Shown in pieces: positions 8,327 through 16,950 of a DNA stretch of 64,000 bases (position 1 is the first letter of the stretch; every line of letters starts with the position of its first letter). The translations under genes were made by a program, and so were the position numbers. Under the pieces are notes generated by a model. That model did no database searches, had not been told where the DNA came from, and worked only from the letters and a program-made list of their open reading frames with translations. Source of the DNA: Myxococcota bacterium (lineage in GTDB: Bacteria; Myxococcota_A; UBA796; UBA2385); contig JBIJDH010000014.1 of the NCBI GenBank assembly GCA_044344255.1, forward strand, positions 64,001 through 128,000, in the 5' to 3' direction.

Positions 8327-10311
8327 TGCATGTACCCCAAGGCTTCGAGCCGCTCGCGGGTCTCGGGATCGAGCTCGGCGCCGGAGCGCTCCACCGCGTC
8401 GGCCTTCATCCCGCCGACCAACCGCTCCGCCTCGGCGCGCAGCGGTCCGACTACATCCTCGGGAGCGCCGACGGGGCGGAGCTCCTCGGGGTCCGCGGTG
8501 AGATCGTAGAGGGCCGCGCCAAAGCCGGCCGCCTCTCGCCAGACATAGCGCTGAGCGGCGCTGCGCAGGGCGACCATCCGGTACTGCGGCTGGCTGAGCT
8601 CTCCCCGGGCCCGACCCTGGAGGTTCGCCTCGCGGTCGAAGCAGAGGGAGCGAGCAAATTCACGCCCGGGCCGCCCAAAGGCCAGCGGGGCCAGCGAGCG
8701 CCCCTCGACCCCGGCGGGGATCGGCAGCCCCAACAGCTCGTAGGCGGTGGGGGCGATGTCGCCGAGCTCGGCGATGCCATCGACGGCCACGCCGCTCGGC
8801 AGGGTGCCGGGGGCGCGGATCGCCAGCGGGACGTGGGTGGAGGGCTCGTAGAGGTCGTCGCCGTGGTTGAACCAGACCTCGTGCTCCCCCAGGTTCTCGC
8901 CGTGGTCCGCAGCCACGATCACGACCGCGGAGCCGGCCCTCCCGGAGGCCTCGAGCGCGTGGAGCAGCCGCCCGAGCTGCTGGTCGGCGTAGGAGACCTC
9001 TCCCTGGTACTGCGCGAGGGGCCAACGGCTGTCGGTGATGCCCTTGAGGCTGGGGAGCAGGTAGGGCGCGACGTTCTGGACCCGCTCCATCGAGCGGTTC
9101 TGCGGATCGGTCGGATCACCCTCGTACCAGGCGGTGTCCCACGGCGGAGGGGGGCTGTAGGGGCCGTGGGGATCAAAGAGGTGCAGCCACAGGAAGACCG
9201 GCCGATCGGGGGCGCGGTCCTCCAGCCAGGAGAGGGCCAGGTCCGTGCTCCGATCTCCCCGCCGCTCCAGCACCGCGTTCGGGCGGAGGTGTCGCTCGGC
9301 CATCGCCAGCAGGCGGCCCGGCGCCGTCCGAGACCAGCCCCCGAGTAGGCCGAAGTCATCGTCGTAGACCGCGAAGCCGCGGTCGAGGCCGACGGTCCGG
9401 TCGAGCACATAGGCGCTCACGAAGGCCCCGGTGTCCCAGCCTGCGCGGCGCAGCTCATCGGCCAGCAGCGGCACCTCGGGCATCACCGGCACGCCGTTGA
9501 GCAGGGCGCCGTGGGCCCAGGGGCCCTGGCCCGAGAGGATCGTCGTGTGGCTCGGGCCCGTGACCGCGATCTGAGAGTAGGCCGACCGGAAGCGCACCGC
9601 GCTCGCCGCGAACCGATCGAACTCGGGGCTCTGTCGCTCGACGCCGCTGTACGCGCTCAGGTGATCGGCGCGGGTGGTGTCCATCGTGACGAGGATGAGA
9701 TCACGCGCGTCGGGGCGGGCCTGCCCGAGCGGCGGCAGCTCCCGCCCCCGGGAGGCCGCCCAGCCGCCGAGGCCGATCAACAGCAGCAGAGAGAGCGCGA
9801 GCCGCGGCCGCCCTGCCGGCGTGAAACGGGCGAAGGCCAACCCGAGCAGGCCCACGAGCAGCACGATCCCGAAGAAGACCGGGACGCTGCCGTGCAGCAG
9901 CGGCGGGGTGACGAAGGGCGGCGGGCGGGTGAACCACCGCTCGCCCCGATCGACCGCTAGCGCCGCGCCGAAGCCCACGAGGAGGCCGGTCCAGCCGGGA
10001 TCGAAGCGCAGCGCGGCGCCCCGAAGCGCCGCACGGACGAGCCCGCAGCAGGCTCCCCCGAGGGCGCCGATCAGCCCCATGAGCAGCACATCTCCGAGGA
10101 GGACGAGCGAGGCCCGCAGGGCGGAGGGAGGCAGCGCGACCTCCCGATGGACCCCCAGGGCGTCCCCGAGGCCGACCAGCGCGCCCCCGAGGGCCGCCGC
10201 CGCGATCCAAAGCCAAGCTCCGGCGGATCGACCCGCCTCCCCGGCCGCACCCGGGCGATCGGCGACCAGAAGATCTGCCGCCGGCCCTCGATTTCGTGGC
10301 TGATTCGTCAC
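8323..10311 (-). CDS. Membrane-anchored sulfatase-like (alkaline phosphatase superfamily) hydrolase/transferase
   Basis: About 5 N-terminal TM helices; DTTRADHL, TGPSH, HLFDPHGPY, ADHGE, C-terminal LEALGY. Confidence 0.85.
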   Translation of the reverse strand: MTNQPRNRGPAADLLVADRPGAAGEAGRSAGAWLWIAAAALGGALVGLGDALGVHREVALPPSALRASLVLLGDVLLMGLIGALGGACCGLVRAALRGAALRFDPGWTGLLVGFGAALAVDRGERWFTRPPPFVTPPLLHGSVPVFFGIVLLVGLLGLAFARFTPAGRPRLALSLLLLIGLGGWAASRGRELPPLGQARPDARDLILVTMDTTRADHLSAYSGVERQSPEFDRFAASAVRFRSAYSQIAVTGPSHTTILSGQGPWAHGALLNGVPVMPEVPLLADELRRAGWDTGAFVSAYVLDRTVGLDRGFAVYDDDFGLLGGWSRTAPGRLLAMAERHLRPNAVLERRGDRSTDLALSWLEDRAPDRPVFLWLHLFDPHGPYSPPPPWDTAWYEGDPTDPQNRSMERVQNVAPYLLPSLKGITDSRWPLAQYQGEVSYADQQLGRLLHALEASGRAGSAVVIVAADHGENLGEHEVWFNHGDDLYEPSTHVPLAIRAPGTLPSGVAVDGIAELGDIAPTAYELLGLPIPAGVEGRSLAPLAFGRPGREFARSLCFDREANLQGRARGELSQPQYRMVALRSAAQRYVWREAAGFGAALYDLTADPEELRPVGAPEDVVGPLRAEAERLVGGMKADAVERSGAELDPETRERLEALGYMQ

Positions 10312-10436
10312 CGGGAGCGGTTAACCGACCCGGCCGACCCCCCGCGAGGACGCGGGCCGGGCATGTTAGACTTTCGACTTGTGCCGCGTTCCATCGGTGG
10401 ACGGTCTCCCCTCCCCGAGGTCCTCCCGAGGTCCTG

Positions 10437-12215
10437 ATGCCCTCCTTGATGCCCCCCCGTCGCCTGCTCGTCACCCTCGCCCTCTCCGCTGCCTGGGCGG
10501 GCGCGGCTCACGCGAAGGACATCGCTGTCTCTCCCCTGGTCTCCAAGGGGGTGGACCCGCTGCAGGTGCTCAACCTGACGAGCCTGATCGCCAGCGAGCT
10601 CGACTTCATGGGCGCGTATGACCACGTCACGCAGCTCGAAGCGATGCCCGCCGGCATGAACGGCGACTGCCTCAAGAACGCCGCCTGCCTGAACAAGGCG
10701 GCCCAGTCGGCCTCCAAGGACAGCATCCTGGCCGGCTCGGTCGCGGCTGTGGGCAAGAAGCTCGACGTCACGATGGTGCTCGCCGAGGGCGGCAAGATCG
10801 TGCGCAGCAAGACCTTCCAGATCGCCAACGTCCCGAGCGTCATCGCCGACTCCATGGGCGGCTACGTCAAGGAGGTGGTCACGGGCAAGTCCGCCGCGAA
10901 GGAGGCCGAAGCGACCTCGATGGGCTCCTTCGACGGCGGATCGAGCGGCGACCTCTTCGCCGATGAAGAAGAAGAGCCCGCCGTGTCCCACCGCGTGGCC
11001 ACCCCGAAGGCCAGCGCGCGGCAGCTCGAAGATGAGGGGGCCGACGAGGATGAGGCCGCGGCCGCCGCCGCAGCCGCCGAAGAGGCCCGCGCCGCCGCCG
11101 CCGCCAAGAAGGCCGAGGCCGCCAAGAAGGCCGAGGCCGCCAAGAAGGCCGAGGCCGCCCGTCAGGCCGAAGAGGCTCGTCAAGCCGAAGAGGCCCGCGC
11201 CGCCGCCGCCGAGGAGGCCCGTCAGGCCGAGCTCGCCCGCAAGGCCGAGGCCGCCCGCAAGGCCGAGGCCGCCCGCAAGGCCGCCGCGGCGAAGCAGGCC
11301 GCCGAAGCGGAGGAGGCCACCGCGGACGGTGGCGAAGAAGAAGAGATGGAGGACATCCAGTTCGGCAAGGTCGCCGGCCGCATCCAGCAAGACACCGACG
11401 AAGAACAGGAAGAGGCCGGGGGCTCGAGCGCCGCCGTCTCCTACTCCGACGACGGCGGTGAGGCCGAAGAAGAGGAAGAGGCCGCGCCCCCTCCTCCGCC
11501 GAAGAAGGCGAGCTCCTCGTCGAGCAAGAGCTCCTCGTCGTCCAAGAGCTCCTCGTCATCCAAGAGCTCCGCCTCCCGCGCGTCCACCTACGATGAAGAA
11601 GACGAGGGTGGGGGACAGGAAGAAGAAGAGGAGAGCGACGAGGACTTCGAGCCCCGCCGCAGCAGCTCGAGCAGCAAGGACAACAAGTCCAGCAAGAACA
11701 AGAAGTCCAGCTCCGACGACTGGGAGGGCTCCAAGGCCACCCTGACGGGGCGCGGCGGCTACGCCAAGATCCAGGACCTCGGCTTCGGCGCGGCGGGGGT
11801 GGAGGTGCGCCTCTTCCCGAAGCCCCGCGTCGGGCTCGTGGGGGGCATCGACTTCCTCACCACCCACCGCGAGATCCCGAAGGAGATGTGGGTCGAGGGT
11901 CAGCCGATCGAGGAGTACAACACGATCATGCCCTTTAACCTGGGCGTGCAGTACCTCTTCGGCTCGGCGAAGTCGCACCCCTACCTGGGCGCCGACGTCA
12001 TCCTCATCCCCGGCTACGTCAAGGACGTGAAGGGGACGGCCGGGGGCTTCCGCGCCCGCACCGGCCTCGACTACATGTTCGCCGACTCTGTCGGTTGGAA
12101 CGTCAACCTGGGCGTGGGCTACATCGGCGGCAAGAACTTCACCCAGGTGGGTGACGGCTTCACCAAGGGGGCCCTCTCCCCTGAGCTGAACACGGGGCTG
12201 GTGGTCACCTTCTGA
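10437..12215 (+). CDS. Exported protein: globular N-domain, TolA-like Ala/Lys/Glu stalk, acidic/Ser-rich linker, C-terminal outer-membrane beta-barrel
   Basis: Signal peptide ending AAHA; AAKKAE/ARKAEA repeats; alternating beta-strands, HPYLGA, terminal Phe; start revised to ATG 10437. Confidence 0.7.
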   Translation: MPSLMPPRRLLVTLALSAAWAGAAHAKDIAVSPLVSKGVDPLQVLNLTSLIASELDFMGAYDHVTQLEAMPAGMNGDCLKNAACLNKAAQSASKDSILAGSVAAVGKKLDVTMVLAEGGKIVRSKTFQIANVPSVIADSMGGYVKEVVTGKSAAKEAEATSMGSFDGGSSGDLFADEEEEPAVSHRVATPKASARQLEDEGADEDEAAAAAAAAEEARAAAAAKKAEAAKKAEAAKKAEAARQAEEARQAEEARAAAAEEARQAELARKAEAARKAEAARKAAAAKQAAEAEEATADGGEEEEMEDIQFGKVAGRIQQDTDEEQEEAGGSSAAVSYSDDGGEAEEEEEAAPPPPPKKASSSSSKSSSSSKSSSSSKSSASRASTYDEEDEGGGQEEEEESDEDFEPRRSSSSSKDNKSSKNKKSSSDDWEGSKATLTGRGGYAKIQDLGFGAAGVEVRLFPKPRVGLVGGIDFLTTHREIPKEMWVEGQPIEEYNTIMPFNLGVQYLFGSAKSHPYLGADVILIPGYVKDVKGTAGGFRARTGLDYMFADSVGWNVNLGVGYIGGKNFTQVGDGFTKGALSPELNTGLVVTF

Positions 12216-14191
12216 TGGGCCTCCCCCGAGGCCTCATCGTTGGGAACATCCTCCAGGCCGCGGTCTTCGGGCTCCTCTCCGCGGAGCTGTGGCGCCGAGG
12301 TGGCCCCACGGGCCCGCTGCTCCTGGTCGCGGCGGGGGCGCAGCTCCTCTCGGCGCTGATGAGCGCGCTGCGGCGGGAAGCGCTCGCCCGGGCCTCCGCC
12401 GGGCTCTCGCTGCTCGCCGTCAGCGCGGTGGTGGGCCTCTTCGCCCACGCCTGCTTGCACATCATCGACCGCTTCGGCCCCGAGGCGGCCGGCACCGGCA
12501 AAGAGGTCCTGCTCGGCCTCTTGCTGGCCCTCCCTTGGGTCGTGCTCTTCCCCGCCTACCAGAGCCTCCGCGGGCGGCCGGCCGCGGGCGCGCTGCTGCT
12601 GCTCCCCCTGCTCCTCCCGCCCGCGGTGGGCGCCATCACCGATCGACCCACACAGGCCTGGGAGGCGGCGCCGGACCTCTCCCTCGCCGCCAGCTCGGCC
12701 TGGACCCGCTGGAACGCCGGCAGCAGCGTGGTCGCGGGCCCCCCGATCCGCGGGGACGCGGCGGCCGTCGTGCTGCTCACCCCCTGGATCGAGGGCGTCG
12801 CCGGCGAGACCGTCCGGGGAGATGGCCCCACCCTCTCCGCCGCGCTCGAGGCCGCCCTCGCGGGGCTCGCCGCCCCCCGCGGCGACCGGCTCGCCCTGGT
12901 GCTGGACCACGCCCGCCTCCGTTACACGTCCGGCCTCGTGGCCGTCGGGCGAGGCGGCGGCCTCGGCGCAGAGGGAGGCCGCTCCCCCTCCGAGCGCTGG
13001 CGGCCGGATGGGGTCCGCTTTACGAGCCTGTTCCCCGGCTGGAGCGCCCCGGCGCCCCGCCTCGAGGGGCAGGACCCGACCGTCTTTGACAGCGTGCTGG
13101 TCGATGAGGCCGGGCCCCGCCGCCTCGGCGCCGGCTGGGTGGCGCCCCCGCCGCTCACCGCCGAGAGCGCGCTCCAGGCCGCCATCGCGGGCGGTCGGAT
13201 GCTGGCGCACAACCAGGACGCGGACGGGCGTTACGCCTACACGGTCCTCGGGCCCTCGGGCGAGCGGGGCCGCGGCTACAACCTCCCGCGCCACGCAGGC
13301 GCCACCTGGTTCCTCGCCCGCCTCGCCGCCCGCACCGGGGACGCCGAGCTCGCCGCCGCTGCCGATCGCGGGCTCTCGCTCCTGGTCGCCAAGAGCCACC
13401 CCCTGCCCGGCGGCCGCAGCTTCGTCGCCGAGGGTGACAAGCGCGAGGGCATCGCCTGGGTGGGCACGACCGCCCTCGCCCTGCTGGCGGCCGACCTCCG
13501 CGACCACCCCTCCGCCCCGGCCTGGGCGGCCTTCGTGGCGAGCGCGATCGACGAGGTCGGCCGGGCTCGCGGCAACGCCCAGCGCGCCACCGGCGAATTC
13601 AAGACCCCCACCCTCAATTCCTATGGGCAGGGCCAGGTGATGCTGGCGCTCGCGCGGCGCGCCCGGGCCGGCGGCGACCCTGCGCTCGACGCCGCCGCCC
13701 TCCGCGGCGCCGCCTTCCTCGACGACGGCTACACCCGCCTCGCCTCCAACCAGCTCATCTCCCTCGACGAGCACTGGGCCTGCCTGACCGCCCTGGCGCT
13801 GCGGGAGACCTTCGGACAGGCCGCCGGCCAGGACCTCTGCGTCGCCTACCTCGACCAGGAGCGCGCCCGCTTCCCGCGGGTGGAGGAGGGTCGCCGCGCC
13901 TCCGCCGGGGCCGCAGGGGGGATGGCCGAGGCCGTGGTCGCCCTGGCCGTCCTCGACCCCGAGGGCCCGTGGGCGGCCGAGGCCCTCGAGTATGGCAAGC
14001 TCTTCCTCGACTCCGCCTATCAGCCTGGCGACGCCCCCTTCCTGCGGGACCCCGCCGCCCTCGAGGGCGGCTTTCGGGACAGCCCCTGGGAGCTCGACGT
14101 GCGCATGGACGCCGTCCAGCACATCGGCTGCGCCCTGCTCGGCGTCGAGGCCCTGCTGAGCGGCGTCGTCCGCCCGGGCTCGCTGCCGTGA
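12215..14191 (+). CDS. Membrane-anchored protein with C-terminal alpha/alpha-barrel-like domain
   Basis: About 5 TM helices, then QDADGRYAY, YNLPRHAG, GTTALALLA, GGFR, RMDAVQH motifs; TGATG overlap with upstream gene. Confidence 0.65.
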   Translation: MGLPRGLIVGNILQAAVFGLLSAELWRRGGPTGPLLLVAAGAQLLSALMSALRREALARASAGLSLLAVSAVVGLFAHACLHIIDRFGPEAAGTGKEVLLGLLLALPWVVLFPAYQSLRGRPAAGALLLLPLLLPPAVGAITDRPTQAWEAAPDLSLAASSAWTRWNAGSSVVAGPPIRGDAAAVVLLTPWIEGVAGETVRGDGPTLSAALEAALAGLAAPRGDRLALVLDHARLRYTSGLVAVGRGGGLGAEGGRSPSERWRPDGVRFTSLFPGWSAPAPRLEGQDPTVFDSVLVDEAGPRRLGAGWVAPPPLTAESALQAAIAGGRMLAHNQDADGRYAYTVLGPSGERGRGYNLPRHAGATWFLARLAARTGDAELAAAADRGLSLLVAKSHPLPGGRSFVAEGDKREGIAWVGTTALALLAADLRDHPSAPAWAAFVASAIDEVGRARGNAQRATGEFKTPTLNSYGQGQVMLALARRARAGGDPALDAAALRGAAFLDDGYTRLASNQLISLDEHWACLTALALRETFGQAAGQDLCVAYLDQERARFPRVEEGRRASAGAAGGMAEAVVALAVLDPEGPWAAEALEYGKLFLDSAYQPGDAPFLRDPAALEGGFRDSPWELDVRMDAVQHIGCALLGVEALLSGVVRPGSLP

Positions 14192-15975
14192 GGCGCCTCG
14201 TCGGGCTCACCCTCCTGCTCGGCGCCTGTCCCAAGGGCGGCGCCCTCCCTGACCCCGAGGCCCGCCCTCGCCCCCCCGAGGGGGATGACCTCATCTACTT
14301 CGTGCTGGTCGACCGCTTCGCCAATGGTGATCACCGGAATGACCGAGGCACAGACCCCGCTGACCCCCAAGCCTGGCATGGGGGTGACCTGCGCGGCGTC
14401 ACCGACCACCTCGACCACCTGAGCGCCCTCGGCGTGCGCACGGTCTGGCTCTCCCCCATCTCCGCCTCTCGACAGGCGCCTGTCGGCCCGTGGGGGGCCT
14501 ATCATGGCTATTGGGTGCAAGACCTCCGCGCGGTCGAGCCCCGCTTCGGCGACGAGGCCGACCTGCGGCGCCTCCGCGAGGGCCTGCACGCCCGCGGCAT
14601 GCGCCTCGTGCTCGACATGGTCTACAATCACACCGACTACGACGCCCCCCTCCGCGCCGCCCACCCCGACTGGTACCACCCGGCGATCGACATCGAGCGC
14701 TGGGACGACCCCGTCGAGCGCGTGGTCCGACAGGTGCACGGCCTCCCCGACCTCGCGCAGGAGCAGGAGGCCGTCTATTCCTATCTGCGAGACGCCTCCT
14801 TCCACTGGATCGACGCCGGGCTCGCCGATGGTTTTCGGATCGACGCCGTCCGGCACATGCCCGCGTCCTTCTTGTCCCGGCTGAACCGGGACCTCGACGA
14901 GCACGCCGGCGGCTTCACCTCCCTCGGGGAGGACTTCACCGGCGACGCCCTCACCCTCTCGGAGAGCCAGGCGGCGGGCGGCTTCGACCAGATCTTCGAC
15001 TTCCCGCTCCGATACGCGATGGTCGATGTCTTCTGTAAGGACCAGACCCCCGGGCGCCTCGCCGCCGCCATCGCCGCCGACCGCCTCTACCCGGACCCCA
15101 GCAGCCTCGTCACCTTCCTCGACAACCACGACATGCCCCGCATCACCACCGAGTGCGGCGAGGACCCGGCGCGGGTGAAGCAGGCCCTCTTCTTTCAGAT
15201 GACCACCCGGGGGACGCCCGCCCTCACCTATGGCACCGAGGCCCTGCTCCCCGGCGGGGCCGAGCCCGACAACCGGCGCGACATGCCCTGGTCGGCCGAG
15301 CCGCCGCCGCTCTATCGCCTCATCCGCAGCCTCCAGTCCCTCCGCTCCACCTGGCCCTCCCTCCGAGAGGGCCGAAGCTGGGTCTTCCACCTCGACGCGC
15401 AAGGGATGGCCTACGCCCGACTGACCGAGGGCGAGGCGGCGGTGATCTTCGTCAATCGGTCGGACCGGCCTTGGCGCCTCGAGCTCCCCACCGCGCTCTC
15501 GGCCGGCGCACGCCAGGTCGGGAGCTTCGCCCTCGCCTCTGGCGATCCGATCCTCGACACCACGGTGGGCCCCGCCCCGACCAGCCTCACGCTGCTGCCC
15601 GGCACCCAGGTGGGCACCATCCTCCGCCCGGCCCCCGGTGACCCCGCGCCCTGGGCCGCCCTGCTCCACGAGGTCCACGAGCCCGTGGCGCTCACCATCG
15701 AGGCCACCGGCATCCACCTGAGCGGCGGAAATGAGCTGCTGCTCGTCGGCTCCGGCCCTGAGCTCGGCAATTGGGATCCGAACCACGGCCTGCCCCTCCG
15801 CCCCGGCCGCGACGGCAACTGGACCGCCCCCCTCCGCCTGCCGCCCGGCGCGGTCGCCGAGTTCAAGCTGGTGGCCCGCCTCTCTTCGGGAGAGACCCGC
15901 TGGCAGGAGGGCCCCAACACCACGCTGCTCGTCTCCGACCCCGAGGTGGTGCTCGTCCCTTGGGTGGGCCCTTGA
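14188..15975 (+). CDS. GH13 alpha-amylase family lipoprotein with C-terminal CBM20
   Basis: Lipobox LGAC; VDRFANGD, GGDLRG, YHGYW, DMVYNH, DGFRIDAVRH, FLDNHD; CBM20 VGSGPELGNWDP. Confidence 0.92.
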   Translation: MRRLVGLTLLLGACPKGGALPDPEARPRPPEGDDLIYFVLVDRFANGDHRNDRGTDPADPQAWHGGDLRGVTDHLDHLSALGVRTVWLSPISASRQAPVGPWGAYHGYWVQDLRAVEPRFGDEADLRRLREGLHARGMRLVLDMVYNHTDYDAPLRAAHPDWYHPAIDIERWDDPVERVVRQVHGLPDLAQEQEAVYSYLRDASFHWIDAGLADGFRIDAVRHMPASFLSRLNRDLDEHAGGFTSLGEDFTGDALTLSESQAAGGFDQIFDFPLRYAMVDVFCKDQTPGRLAAAIAADRLYPDPSSLVTFLDNHDMPRITTECGEDPARVKQALFFQMTTRGTPALTYGTEALLPGGAEPDNRRDMPWSAEPPPLYRLIRSLQSLRSTWPSLREGRSWVFHLDAQGMAYARLTEGEAAVIFVNRSDRPWRLELPTALSAGARQVGSFALASGDPILDTTVGPAPTSLTLLPGTQVGTILRPAPGDPAPWAALLHEVHEPVALTIEATGIHLSGGNELLLVGSGPELGNWDPNHGLPLRPGRDGNWTAPLRLPPGAVAEFKLVARLSSGETRWQEGPNTTLLVSDPEVVLVPWVGP

Positions 15976-16946
15976 GCCGAAGCGGCGGGCTGCCTCTTGT
16001 GTGCCGGGCCCAACCGCGGTGGCCAGGCCTCGCGCGCTGTCTGTCGCTCCTGCTCCTGGTCGGCTGCAGCCTGTCCAAGGTCGGGCTCCAGAGCGTCGTG
16101 CGGCAGGCCGAGCGGCGCGGCTGGGAGGAGCGTGTCCTCGACCAGGGCGCGGGCACCGGCGACGGCCTGCACCTCCGCTACTTCGTGGGCGGCGAGGGCA
16201 AGCCCATGCTCGTGCTCCACGGCTTCGGCGGAGACGGTATCAGCACCTGGCGGCCCCAGCTCCAGGCCCTCTCGGGCGAGCGCCGCGTCCTCCTCCCTGA
16301 CCTCCTCTGGTTCGGCGGCAGCCGCTCCGAGCGCCCGCCCTGTATCGAGGAGCAGGCCCGCGCCCTCCTCGCCTTGCTCGACCACGAGGGCGTCACCGAG
16401 CTCGACGCCATGGGCGTCTCCTACGGCGGCTTCGTGCTCTTCGCCCTCGAGGCGGCGCGGCCGGGGCTCCTCGACCGGGTCATCCTCGTCGACTCCCCGG
16501 GCCCCGCCTTCACGGAAGGAGACCTCGCCGCGCTGCCCGCTCGTTTCGGTCGGACCAGCGTGGAGGAGATCTTCCTGGTCGACAGCCCCGAGGGCGTCGC
16601 CGGCCTCCTCTCGCTCACCTTCGCCGATCCGCCCTATGTGCCCCGCTTCCTCCTCCGCGACATGCAAGAGAACATCTTCTCGGTCTATCGAGAGGAGCAG
16701 CGCGCCCTGCTGCGTGACCTCCCCACCCACCGCGAGGCGATGGGGTCGCTCGATCCCCGCCCCTGGGAGAGCCCCCTCCTCATCTGGGGAGAGGCCGATC
16801 AGGTCTTCCCTGTCGACAGCGGCGCGCGCCTCGCGGAGCGGCTCGCGGGCCGCCTCGTCGTCATCCCCGACACCGCCCACGGCCCGCCCGCCGAGGCCCC
16901 GCGAGACTTCAATCGCATCCTGATCGAGGAGCTCCGCCGCCCCTGA
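15972..16946 (+). CDS. Alpha/beta hydrolase lipoprotein
   Basis: LHGFG, PDLLWFGGS, GVSYGG nucleophile elbow, IWGEADQVF, catalytic His in TAHG; start uncertain. Confidence 0.85.
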   Translation: MSRSGGLPLVCRAQPRWPGLARCLSLLLLVGCSLSKVGLQSVVRQAERRGWEERVLDQGAGTGDGLHLRYFVGGEGKPMLVLHGFGGDGISTWRPQLQALSGERRVLLPDLLWFGGSRSERPPCIEEQARALLALLDHEGVTELDAMGVSYGGFVLFALEAARPGLLDRVILVDSPGPAFTEGDLAALPARFGRTSVEEIFLVDSPEGVAGLLSLTFADPPYVPRFLLRDMQENIFSVYREEQRALLRDLPTHREAMGSLDPRPWESPLLIWGEADQVFPVDSGARLAERLAGRLVVIPDTAHGPPAEAPRDFNRILIEELRRP

Positions 16947-16950
16947 ACGG

